Below are positions 23,576 to 36,364 of a stretch of 64,000 bases of DNA, one piece after another. Position 1 is the stretch's first letter; the number at the start of each line of letters is the position of its first letter. This stretch comes from Chiloscyllium plagiosum. Lineage: Eukaryota. The stretch spans positions 420,367-484,366 of the forward strand of contig NC_057757.1 in assembly GCF_004010195.1 (NCBI RefSeq). The letters run 5' to 3'. A program made the position numbers and the translations under genes. Below the pieces are notes generated by a model. The model was given only the letters and a program-made list of their open reading frames with translations. It was not told the DNA's origin and ran no database searches.

Positions 23576-25436
23576 CAAACAACACTATGGGCCAAGTGCT
23601 GGAAAATGGGATTAGAATAGTTGTTTTTGACCTGTATAGACGTGAAGGGCCGAAGGGCCTTTCTCTGTGCTGTCGGTCTGTATGCCTCCATAAATATCCC
23701 AAGGACACTACTCAAAGACAAGTGAGTTGTCTTACTGTGTTAACCAGTTATTTATCTCAATGTTGCTTTGGGCTTTTGAATGGTATACCATTGTTTGTAG
23801 CAACAGTGAGTGAACTTCCAAACAGTTCAACACATGAAAAGTGTTTTGGGCCATTTCCAAAAGGAGTATTGTTAGTCCTTACAAACCACAATGGGACAGC
23901 AAAAGGGAGGCCTGTGCACTTCATCTAACCAAATGTTAAGATTAGACTGCATCTACAAAGGGGTAAAAGGATTAATGAAAGTAAGAACAAAGTAATTACA
24001 TTTATGAGTGGCACACTTTGTGAATGCTGCCAATATATACTTGATAAAATATTGAACTTGATAAAAAATATTGAACATAGTTTCTCTCACTATCTCTCAC
24101 AATTGCGATCTTCCCAGTTGCATTATAAGTTCCTATCTTAGCACATATATTAGTTAGTCACTGTTTGACCACTGATCATGGCTAGGTCTCTTTCACTTCT
24201 CATTTGTGTATTTTTTAGTCTCGTGTGGTTGGCCAGATGCGGAAGCAGCAGGAAAGAGCAAAATGATTCAATGGGCATTTGGTGTAAAGAGTTAATATCT
24301 CAACATGTAATATCTTACATTTCTATCAAAAACAGAAATAGCTGTAGAAACTCAGCAGGTCTGGCAGCAAGTGTGAAGAGAAAACAGAGTTAACGTTTCA
24401 AGTCCAGTGACCCTTCTTCAGAACTGGACTTGAAACATTTATTCTACAGATGATGCCAGACCTGCTGAGTTTCTCCCGCAATTTCCGTTCTTTTTTAAAA
24501 TTGTCAGCATCTGCAGTTCTTTGCTTTATCTCACATTTATAGTGGTGCCTTTTACCCAGTAAAATATCCCAGAATGCTTTCTGAGGGCAAGATCAAACAA
24601 TAAAGAAACTGACACCAAGCCATGAAGGAGTTATTAGAACAGGCTGGTCAAAGAGGAGGTTCTAGATGGAAAGGTTTGGGGACGGAATTCCAGAGCTTAA
24701 GACCCAGAGAACTGAAGGAATGGCTGCCGATGGTGGAACAATGAAAATGGGCAATGACCAAGGAGTCAGACAGGATAGATTCAGATTTATTACAGAGTTG
24801 TAAGGACTGGAAGAGCCTACAGAGATAGCAAAGGGCGAGGACACGGAGGGATTTGAACATGAGACTGTGAAATTTAAAATCAAGGCAATGAGTAGCTAAT
24901 GTAGGTCAGTAAGAACAGGATATTGGATGAACTAGGTGAGAGGGAGTTGCCCTCAACCCAATGGGTATTTTTTAAATGTAACATGAACATCCGCTCCGAC
25001 TGGAATCTGAACCTGTTTCTCATTTCCTCGAATCAGCCCTGCCTCTCTCTTTTGGCTTTTTAAACATGAGAAATTTTAAAAGTAAAGATTTCACTGATAA
25101 AACAGAAAAAGAAATGCATGTTCAGCACATCTTACATCCTGCTTGACAAATATTCAAAAACCTTTTTCAATCTTTGGTACTGTCAGTTTTGTTTTACACT
25201 TTTGGGTAGTAAGGCAAAACATCACTACCCAGATCACTTCCTCCCAATTCAATAATTATTTTCCTGAATATTGTGACTCCTTATGTAGTATGGGCAGCCT
25301 CCCAACTTCCACCCTCTGTAAGCTTTAATAGATCACACACCCTGTGGTCTGTATTCTAAGTGGCACAAAGCTCGGTTCATCCACCACAGCTGGTCATTTG
25401 CAGCCATACCTTCAGTGCTCTTGTCCCATGGGATAC

Positions 25437-25925
25437 CCTCAGCCCTGACACTCCCAACAGTGCCCTCTCCCTCAGCACTGACTCTCTGACAGTGCAGTGC
25501 TCCGTCAGCACTGATCCTTCGACAGTGCAGTGTTCCCTCAGCGCTGACCTTCCAACAGGGCGGCACTCCCTCAGCATTGGCCATCCGACAGTGCAGTACT
25601 CCCTCAGCACTGATCCTCCGATAATGTGGCATTCCCTCAGCACTGACACTCCGATAGTGCCCACTTCCGACAGTGAGGCACACCTTTAGCACTGACTCTC
25701 TGACAGCATGGCTGACCTTCAGCTCTGACTCTCTGACAGTACCCGCTTCCTCAGCACAGATCCTCCGACAGTGTGGCTCATCCTCAGCACTGATCATCCG
25801 GTGATGCGACACACCCTCAGCACTAACCCTCTGACAGTGGGGCACATACTCAGCAGTGACTCTCTAACAGTGGGGCACACTCTCAGCACTGACTCTCCGC
25901 TAGTGCAGCAGTCCTTCAATACCAA
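25437..25925. repeat. 33-bp minisatellite, about 15 degenerate units
   Basis: Unit consensus ctccctcagcactgaccctccgacagtgcagca; gives 11-aa periodic ORFs on both strands. Confidence 0.9.
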
Positions 25926-25926
25926 C

Positions 25927-28765
25927 GGCAGCACAGTGCCTCAGTGGTTAGCACTGGTGCGTCATAGTGCCAGGAACCCGGGTTCAATTCCACCCTCGGG
26001 CAACTTTGCGTGTGGAGTTTGCACATTCTCTCCATGTCTGCATGGGTTTCCACCAGGTGTTCCGGTTTCCTCCCACAGTCCAAAGATGTGCAAGTTAGGC
26101 AGTTTGGCCATTAGTGAAAGGAACAGGATGGTCATTATGGGGGACTATAACTTCCTCAATATTGACTGGAAATGCTATAACTCTATTACATCGGATGGAT
26201 CAGTTTTTGTCGAATGGGTACAGGAGGGTGTCCTGACACAATATGTCGAAGGGCCGACAAGAGGTTAAGGCCACACTGGATCTGGTGCTTGATAATAAAC
26301 TAGGCCAGGTGTTTGATTTAGTTGTAGGTGAGCACTTTGGATAGAGTGACCATAATTCAGTCACGTTTAGATTAGAGATGGAAAAGGATAGGATCATGCC
26401 ACAGGTCAAGAGTTATCGATGGGGGAAGGGCAATTATAATGCGATTAGGCAAGAATTAGGATGCACAGAATGGGGTAGCAAAATGCAGGGGATGCGGACA
26501 ATGGAAAATGTGGAGCTGGTTTAAGGAACAGATATTGCATGTCCTTGATAACTAGGTCCCTGTCAGGCAGGGAGGAAGTGATAAGGTAAGGGAACCATGG
26601 TTTACTACAGAATTGTTAAGCAGAAGAAGGAGGCTTATGTGTTGGTAAGAAAGCGAGTTTGAGAAGATTTGTAGCTTGATGAGACAAGATGGTTCAGATG
26701 AGGTGATGGAGAGTTACAGATTAGCTAGGAAGGATCTAAAGAGAGAGTTAAGAAGAGCAAAGAGAGCACATGAGCAGTCTTTAGCAAATAGAATAAAGGA
26801 GAACCCTAAAGCTTTCGATAGGTATGTGAGGAATAAAAGGATGACTCGGGTAGGAATAGGGCCAGTCAAAGGCAGAAGTGGAAAGTTGAATGTGGACTCT
26901 GTGGAGATCGGAGGGGTGCTAAACGAACATTTCTCATTGGTTTTCACTCAGGAAAAGGAGAATATTGTAGAGGAGAAGAATGAGATACGAGATATTAGAC
27001 AAGAAAGAATTGAGGTTAGTTAAGAAGAGGTGTTATCAATTCTAGAAGGAGTGAAAGTAGACAAATCCATTGGGCCAGATGGGATTTAATCGAGGGTTCT
27101 CTGGGAAGCTAGGGAGGAGATAGCAAAGCCTTTGGCTTTGATATTTGTTTCGTCATTGTCTACAGGTTTAGTACCAGAGGACTGGAGGATTGCAAATGCT
27201 GTGTCCTTGTTGAAGAAGGGCAGCACAGATGACCCAGGTAATTATAGACCAGTGAGCCTTACTTCTGTTGTAGGAAAGCTTTTGAAAAGGATTATAAGAT
27301 ATAGGATTTATAATCATCTAGCAAGCAACAATTTGATTTCAGATAGTCAGCATGGTTTCATCAGGTCATGTCTCACAAACCTCATTGAGTTTTTTGAGAA
27401 GGTGACCAAGTATGTAGATGAGGGAGGGCAGTTGACGTGGTGTACATGGACTTCAGTAAAGCCTTTGATAAGGTTCCACATGGTAGGCTGTTGGAGAAAA
27501 TGCAGAGGCATGGAATTGAGGGTGATTTAGCAGTTTGGATTAGAAACTGGCTTTCTGAAAGAAGGCAGTGAGTGGTGGTTGATGGAAAGTATTCAGCCTG
27601 GAGTCCGGTTACTAGTGGTGTGCCACAAGGATCTGTTTTGGGACCATTGCTGTTTGTCATTTTTATAAATGACCTAAGATGCAGGCATAGGTGGATGGGT
27701 TAGTAAATTTGCAGATGACACTAAATTCAGTGGAGTGGTGGACAGTGTGGAAGAATGTTACAGGTTGCAGGGGGACTTGGATAAACTGCAGAATTGGGCT
27801 GAGAGGTGGCAAATGGAGTTCATTGGAGCTAAATGTGAGGTGATTCACTTTGGGAAGAATAACAGGAAGGCAGAGTACTGGGTCAATGGAACGATTCTTG
27901 GTAGTGTGGATGTGCAGAGGAATCTTAGTGTCCACATACATAGATCCCTGAAAGTTGCCGCCCAGGTGGATAGTGCTGTTAAGAAGGCATACGTTGTGTT
28001 AGGTATCATAGGTAGAGGGATTGAGTTCCAAAATCGCAATGTCATGCTGTAGTTATACAAAACGCTAGTGCGGCCACACTTGGAATATTGTGTACAGTTC
28101 TGGTCGCCCCATTACAGGAAGGATGTGGAAGTATTGGAAAAGGTGCAGAGGAGATTTACCAGGATGTTGCCTGGTCTGGAGGGAAGCTCTTCTGAGGAAA
28201 GGTTGAGAGACTTGGGTCTGTTCTCATTGGAAAGAAGAAGTCTAAGAGGAGATTTGATAGAGACATACAAGATGATCAGAGGATTAGATAGAATAGACAG
28301 TGAAAGTCTTTTTCCTCGGATGATGACGTCAGCTTGTACGAGGTGGCATAACTACAAATTGAGGGGTGATAGCTTTAAGACAGATGTCAGAGACAGGTTC
28401 TTTACTCAGAGAGTGGTAAGGGCGTGGAATGCCCTACCTGCCAATATAGTTAACTCAGCCACATTAGGGAGATTTAAACAATCCTTGGATAAGCAAATGG
28501 ATGATGATGGGACAGTGTAGGGGATGATCTTAGAATAGTTCACAGGTCGGCGCAACATCGAGGGCCGAAAGGCCTGTTCTGTGCTGTATTGTTCTGTGTT
28601 CAATGTCCTAAATTGCCTATAGTGTTCAGAGATGTGCAGACCCGGTGGTTTAGCCATGGGAAATGCAAGGGTACAGGGATGGGGAATGGGTCTGGGTGCG
28701 ATGCTGTTCAGTGTGAACCCATTCGGCCGAATGGCCTGTTTCCAAACTGTAGCGATTCTATGATT
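25927..28765 (+). mobile_element. HE1-like V-SINE split by a CR1 insertion (SINE halves about 25927-26111 and 28606-28765)
   Basis: tRNA head gtggttagcact...gggttcaattcc and V-domain tgtggagtttgcacattctc; ttggccat...ctaaattgcc is continuous once the CR1 is removed. Confidence 0.75.
26112..28605 (+). mobile_element. CR1 LINE ORF2 (end of APE domain + RT), decayed
   Basis: VIMGDYNF, GNYRPVSLTSVVGK, KFADDTK, RPHLEYCVQFWSPHY; tail tgttctgtgttc. Confidence 0.92.
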
Positions 28766-31700
28766 CTACTGTCACTTCCAAGTATACAGTTCCATCCAAA
28801 TACACACATTCCCTCCCACAACTCAAGTATTGCCCTGGGACTGACAGCCTGGATTGTCACAGGGGGAGGTGTGATGTCATGGTAATGTCACTGGACTAGA
28901 CATTCAGAGACATTCCAGGCTGATTCTTCTGGGGACATGGGTTCAAATCCCACCAAGGTAGAAAGTGAAGTTTAAAATCAATAAAAATCTGGAAAAAATA
29001 GCTATCTTAACAGTGACTATGCAATCACTGATTCACTAAATCTTTCAAGGCGTTAAATCTGTCAACCTTACCTGGTCTGGATACATGTGACTTCAGCCCC
29101 ACAGCAATATGGTTGACTCTTAACTGGTCTCTGGGTCATTTGGGATGAGTAATTCATGCTGGCCCAGTGAGCAATGTATAGTCCAATTTTTTTTAAAATG
29201 TCCATGCAGTGGGATTTGAACCTTCTTGACTGAGTGGCCAGAGTTTTATCCACTAGTCCAGTGGAAATAAAGTTAGAGGTTGTAAACAGCATTAGAAAGT
29301 GAAGAGTTTAACCAGGAGAGGAAGGTGAGGAAATCAAATAAATAACATTGTGTAGCATCACAGAGGAGACATGACAAACAGAGCAACAAACAACGAAAGA
29401 GAGATATAGGATGTAGTAAACAGAGAAAAGGTCAGAAACATTAAGAATCCGATACAGACCAGGCACAGAGACAGTGGGGAGACTCGAGAGAGCGAGAGAG
29501 AGAGAGAGAGCAAAAACTGGAGGTAATCTTCTATTCCTCAGATTTCCAGGTAAAAAGGAAATTAAGGTATATGTGAATAGCATGGGAAAATAGCCTTGAG
29601 GTAGATTAGTACCATGAATTAAAATGATAGATCAGGCTTGAGGAGCTGAATGGCCAACTCCTGCTGCTATATTTAGTCTCTAGTTCTATGTAAAAACTCC
29701 AGAAAAAACACAACACAATCAAAGTTTAATGACTGGTAGAAGGCAGTAAACATTTTCCCCACAGTCAGGTTCCCTCGCAACCCAGAGACCAAATTCCCAG
29801 GAAACAGACTGCGAATTTAAAAAAAAAATCATAAAATAGGAAAACCCACAATGTTAATGAGAGCTCAACCTCAGCTAACAATTAAAGGCCAGGAGTTTTC
29901 CCAGGGTAGGGTGATATGTGTGTCTCTCTCTGTCTCCCTGTCAGGCTGTCCAAACAGTTGAGGTAATGGTGAAATTGCAGGTTTCGCTAACCAAGGCAGG
30001 TTCATGTGACTGCTAGAGATCAGCAATTCCCAGGCCTCAGAAGCCCTGGGAGATCTGGAATCAGCAGCTGTCTCCACCACAATTTAAAAAATAGAATAAG
30101 ATCATACAGTTCTGGCCCTTACTCCCTTCAAGATGTTTTCCCAGTACAATAGTGCTCATCATTTTGAACTGTAGCTTCTGTTGTGATAGCCTCTATATCA
30201 CAAGCACTTAACAAGTCGTGTTACTATTTATGATTAATAAATAATTTACAGACATGTCAAAGTCAGACTGTACTTTCCTTGCATTGCAATACGTTTCACT
30301 AAGTACTTTCATTGGGCTGTGAAATGTTCTGCAATGGCTTGAGGTGGTAAAAAGCATTGTTGAAATGCAAGAACCTCATTTTTCAGATTGCACTTTAGCT
30401 TTAGGACAAGATGCCTTTGTCTTTTCTTTCCATTTTTCTCTATTCATCTGCTGGGAGTAGAACCAAAGATTAACACAGCTAAAGAGGAAGTAATTCGGTC
30501 CATCATGGGTCTTTGAAAGAGCTGTCTGATTAGTCCCATTCCAATTTTCCCCCTGCCTTACCCTCTCCGACAGCCTAATAAAATTCTCCCTTTGAAGTAT
30601 TTATCTAATCCTCTTTCAAAAGTTACCATTCAAGATTAGGCAGCAAATTTAATCAAATACCATGAGGGATTTTAATTGAGTAAATAAGGAGAAACTGTTC
30701 CAGTGGCAGAACGGTCAAGAATCAGAGGGACACAGATTGAGGAGAATTGGCACAAAAACTCCTAAAAAAAGGTAGACATGAGCAGAAAGCTTTGTTTCGA
30801 GCAGCAGGTTGTTGCAATCCGGAGTGCATGGCCTGGAAGAGTGACAGAAGCAAATTCACAGTAAAGTTAAAAAAAGTGATAATAAATGTAAATGCTCCAA
30901 AGTGGATGAACAAAATGAACTTCATGCAAAGATGTGAAGCATTGCTTCATTGTAGTAGGGGTTCTACAAGCTAGCTTTTCAAAGAAGCTCAAAATAATAC
31001 AATGGAAAATAAACCCACATTTGTTTAAATGTTTTATAAAGTGTAGGAAGTGCTTTGTCAGAATGAGAGTATGCGACTTAAGAACAGTTTGTAGTCTCTA
31101 CGATAAGCTATGAATGGTTCTGGCGTGTTTCCAGAAGGTATTCTCACCTTTCTGTGCACTTGGACTTTTGGAGGCAAGTGTTGGGAGCACACAGTCAGAA
31201 TGTTACCTATTTTAAGCAAGAAACTGCACTGATGTACAGCCTTCAACATCCTGATATTGCTGCACAAGCAATCAACTGCTGGGCCTGGTGGTGCGTGGGC
31301 GCTGCTATGGAACCAGTAACTGAGGGTGAAAGGTGATTGATCTAAATTATTAGCATTGTTTTTCTCTCCAATGACATTACCTGACTGACTAAATATTTCC
31401 AGCATTTTCAGTTTTTATTTTAGTTTTCACAGTACTCTGTGTTAGTAATTAAAGGGCTAGTTGGACTGCTGATCCAGGAGAGAGTGAGTTCAAATCTCAC
31501 AATGCCATAACTTCAGGATTTAAATTCAGCTCACAAAATATCAGAAATGGCAAGTTGGTTACATTAACAGTGACCATGAAGCTGTATCTGGGATTGTTGT
31601 TAAAACATACTGGTTCACTAAGAATGCTGAGGGAGTGAAATCTGTATTCCCTATTCAATCAGAGATTATAGGTGACTCCAGTCCAATGTTATTAACTGAC

Positions 31701-33419
31701 TTTTAACTCTGGGTGGCCTAGGAAGCCACTTAGTTCCATAATAATGATGGGTTCTGTAAGAAGCCACATACTTTTTTTCTGGTATTACATCTGAAATGGA
31801 TGTTGGACGACTATATAACTGAAATACCAAGGGTTTTGTAACTTGAAAATCAAGTGCTATGCATTTTTGAGTTGTGTAGTACTTTACTTTTTAAATCAGT
31901 GATGAAGAAAATTTGAGACTGACTAGCAGAAGAGTCTTTTGAGTTAAGGAAATTCTGCTTGGAAACAGTTCTCTAACTGGCTGAGCTGCAGTATCAAAAG
32001 CTGTAAGTACCAGGTCAGTGAAAAGAGAAACATGCAGACCTAAAACATCTATTGCTCTCTTTCTCTCCATTTCTCCTTGGGTGAAATAAACAGAGAACCA
32101 AGAAATTTTAAAAAAGAATTCTAACAAGAAATTCACTTCATTAACTAAGGAACGACTAAAGATGTGCATGTTAGGTGGATTGGTCATACTAAACTGCCCA
32201 TCATGTTAAGGGATACGTAGGTTAGGTATGTTAGCCTTGGGGAATGCAGGGTTACAGTGATAGAGTAGGGGAATGAATCTAGATGGGATGCTCTGCGGAT
32301 GACTGGAGTGGATTTAGGCTGACCGGCCTGTTTCCACACTGTAGGGTTCTAAAATCATCATCTGGCAGACAACCATTGTGTCAACAATGCCAAAAATCAA
32401 TGAAGACAATGTGAAACAATTTAATCTATCCTTGAAATCTGGATTTGTGATCTTCAGAATTTTGTTTGCTCTGTCAACGTTTCTTTTGCACCAGCAATAT
32501 CTGTGTCAAACAGTGTGTCTTTTGTCTGTCTGTGTGTCTTTGGGGGTTCTGAAGGAGTGTAACTAAAGTTGCATCATTGTAGATTAGAAATCCTTCCTTT
32601 TTCTCCATTATTTGTTTAAGTGTATAACAATAAATAGTTATTTTCTGTTAATGATGAAACTCGGTTTGAGTTGCTTTTGTCCTGAATAGTCAATCAGGGA
32701 AATTGGTCAACTTGGTGGTCTAATTGGGTTTTAATACATTTTGTGGAACAGTGAGGACAATTATCACCGTGCTCTTCTCAAATTAAATTGTAAGTAGTTC
32801 AAGAAGGCGGTTCACCCACCACCATGCTAGGATATCAAGAAGTGCTCCCCTGACTTCTTCTAGTCCAGCCAAAGGGATCTCTTACACCCACATGACAGAA
32901 CAGTCAGGGCTCTAATTTAGTGTCTTGTCGGGTAATAAATGCTCAGACACCTTTTGGTGTGGACAATATTGATTTCTCAGACTTTTTCCTCCTCTCCAGC
33001 AGAAGCAAATAGAAATTGCAGTGTTGGGTGAAGTAGCATGCCTCCAATACCCCTCATTTGGAACCATGTAGCTGTTCATCATTGTGACCCAAGCAATAGT
33101 TTGATTGTGAGGTGGTATGGACAGGACCAATCACTCTTGGCCAACAGTGTTTTAGTTTCCAATTCTCCCCATTTCTCTCTGAAAGTTCATCATTACTCCT
33201 GCACAGCTGAGCCTACATATCCGCTATGCATCAGCTGGTACCATTCCCACCTCTTGAATCAGATACATGTGCGTTTAAGTCCCAACCCAAAGACTCAGGC
33301 ACAGATTCCAGGCAGGCACCCTCCAGTACAGAGTGACTCAGTAATACCACTACTAACTAAGCTGTTCAGATCCTAAAAGGCATTGTTGCGAGACTGAATC
33401 TGCAGCAAATGGTGAGAAC

Positions 33420-34450
33420 AACAACAAGAAAGAAAAACAAAGTTGAAGTCATTCTCATCAATCTACCTGCCACAGATGTACCTGTTCATTGTAAAGACAA
33501 AGTCCTATCTTAATGTTGAGGATTCTCTCCATGATGTTGAGTGACATGACCACAGTGCTGGATGGGATAGATTTAGAACAGATACAACAACACGAGACTA
33601 GACAAGCATGAAATACTGCAGGCCAGCAGAAGCAGCAGCGGAATTGTACTCAACCACAATCTACAACCTCATGGTCCAGCATATCCCTCATTCTACTATT
33701 ATCATCAAGCCAGGGGATTAACCCTGGTTCAATGCAGAGTGCAGAAGTGCATTCCAGGAGCATTACCAGAATTCCTAAAATGAGGCTGTCAACCCAGGGA
33801 AGCTACAACAGAGGACTACTTATGTGGCAAACAGCATAAGCAACAAGTGCTTGACAAAACTAAGTAATAATTTTGCTGATGGACCAGATCTAAGATCTGC
33901 AGGCCTGTCACATTCAACATGAATGATAGTGAACAATCAAAGAATCTAATCATTGTCCCTTGACACTCAATGATGTTATCATCACTGAATCTCTCACTAT
34001 CAACATCCTGGATGTCACCATTGACCAGAAACTGAAAAGGATCAGCCATATATATATTGTGGCTACAAGAGCAAGTCAGAAGCTAGGAATACTGCACTGA
34101 GTAACTCACTTCCTGACTCCCAAAAGACTCTCTACCATTTCTAAGGCACATGTCAGGAGTGTGATAGATTGCTCCTCACTTGGATGCCTAGATCAAGAAG
34201 TTAAGAACTCAAGAAATCTGACACCATCCAGAAGCTGCTGTCAGCCAGCTTGAAGGGCACCATATTCACAAACATTAACTCCATTCATACTACCAAACAC
34301 TGGCAACAGTATACACCATCTACAGGATGCACTGCAGAAATTAATAATACCTCCCGAGACAGCACCTGCAACAAGTCAAATGCAGCAGTTCAAAAAGGCA
34401 GCTCACCACCACTTTCTCAAGGGCAGTTAGGAATGGAGAATAAATGATGG
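33420..34450 (+). mobile_element. Old LINE remnant whose 3' tail is shared with the tRNA-SINE family
   Basis: Decayed RT-like sequence ending ggcagctcaccaccactttctcaagggcagttaggaatgg, similar to caagggcaattaggaatggg at about 9886. Confidence 0.55.
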
Positions 34451-35479
34451 GTGAGCCAGAAACACCCACGTTCCCTGAGTGAATTAAATAAGAGGCACAA
34501 AGGGCTCTGATACATCCTGAGGAGGCACGAGAAAAACACAAGTCTTACCACAATTGTGAGATCTTTACCTTTGACACCAATTTGCTTGAAGACTGTTAAT
34601 GTCTTTAAAGAATGACCTTTTATGTACATTGACCTTTGTGAGCTTGGAACCATACCAGGCCTTGAAATACCACATTCCTCCTGCTCCATTTAATTGCATG
34701 TTTGAAGATTAAGAATACTTTACTGACAGATTAATCTGCTGCGCTTTCTTTGCATTCTACAATATGCAAATTATATTCTCACACACAACTTACGTTCAGA
34801 TATAGTCCTTAAAGTAGAAAACAACTCAAGGTGCTTCACAGAATCAGAAACATTTTGCCACCAAACCACACTGAGATTTCAGAGATGTCAGACTTAAACA
34901 GCACATTAAAAGAAAGAGAGATGTAGACATTTAGGGTGGGAATTTACAAGCTTAGGGCCAAGGCAACTGAATGCATGGGTGCCAATGATGGAACGATTGG
35001 TATCAGAGGATGCTGAAGGGAGTGAATTGAATTGTACGAGTGCAAAGATCTCAGAGAGTTGTCTTGACGAGAGGAGAGCTTTTTAAAATTCAAAGCTAAG
35101 GTGCAGTTTAGGAGGTTGGAGAAGTTTAAAGAGATAAGGTGGGTTGTAGGGACCAGAACAGGTTACAAAACTAATAATTCATTGGGATTCTCATAGCTTT
35201 CTTCGGAACCTAATAGCATTGTAGGTATACTGACACCACCAGGGGACGTTGTGCATTGAAATGACGTCTGTTAGTTTATCCCTAAATAAGTGAACTAGTT
35301 GGATTTTCGCACAATACAACAGATTCATTGCTACTTTTACATGAGACAATTTTTTTAATTGAAGATTTGTTTCACAAACTGTGCCATGATGGCATTTGAA
35401 TTCAAGTTCTCTCAGTTTATTGGTCCAGCTTTTTTAAACAATAAAATGCATTTGAGTGCACTCTTACCAGTGGACAATT

Positions 35480-35960
35480 GTGCTCCCAAGACAAATACTC
35501 GGGAGGATGTTCAGCCACTTGGAGATTGCTTTTTCCTTGCCTCAGACACTTTGGACTGACAATAAGTGTAAAGAAGAGTCTTTTGTCAATCCTGGTTACA
35601 TGCTTCGAGACTGTACAATTACAAACATCAACACACCACTCTGCTCACTCCAGAGGGTTTGCTATATTGAGAGTATCCTCTCCAATAACACTACTATGGG
35701 ATGACAAAATTGATCATCACCTGGCATAAGCAAACTCAGTACTTTGACTGGTTCACTCACAGACTTTAGGCAGAACATGAGTCCTGTCAGGACAAAGATC
35801 AAAATCTGCTACGCAGTACATCACTTCTCTATCGAAGTGAAATTTGGACAACTTACCAGCATCACATATAGAGCAACAAAAGTGTTCACTCTTTCCTTCC
35901 TGTGACCTATTTGCAATATCAGGTAACAAGATAAAATTCCTGAGTCTGAGATGGGTGACT
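35480..35960 (+). mobile_element. Decayed RTE-clade LINE RT fragment (another piece at about 40640-40760)
   Basis: FGLTISVKK and DDKIDHHLA resemble RTE RT motifs FGLTISxKKT and IDxEIxxRIxKA. Confidence 0.5.
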
Positions 35961-36364
35961 GTAGTTTTGTTTATTGGTCGGTTCCTGCCTGGTTACAACC
36001 AGGAAACAGCATAGTACATCCACAATAAATACTTGCACCTTCCTCGAGTATTGTGCGCTGTCTTGGCTCCATATCTAAAGAAGGATATACTTGTGTTGGA
36101 GGCAGTCCAGCAAAGGTTCACAAAATTGGTATCTGAGATGAGAAGGTTGCTCTGTAATGAGATGCTGAGTAAATTGATTCTACATTCTGGGAGTTTAGAA
36201 AACTAAGAGGTGATTTCATTGAAATATATAAGATTCCAAAGATGCTTGGCAAGATAAGCACTTAGTTGGGAAAACATAACACTGAAACACAGGCTCAGGT
36301 AGAAGAGGTCAATCATTTAGGATGTTCTATCATTACATTTATTCAGGTCAGAGATTGAAAGATT

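Noticed and set aside
25927..26000. tRNA genes (also about 40380-40450 and 10733-10815)
   Set aside because: A/B-box-like heads continue into SINE bodies, and no complete cloverleaf is evident
31058..31405. Short ORFs in unique sequence
   Set aside because: No recognisable protein motif or consistent splice signals in the frames examined
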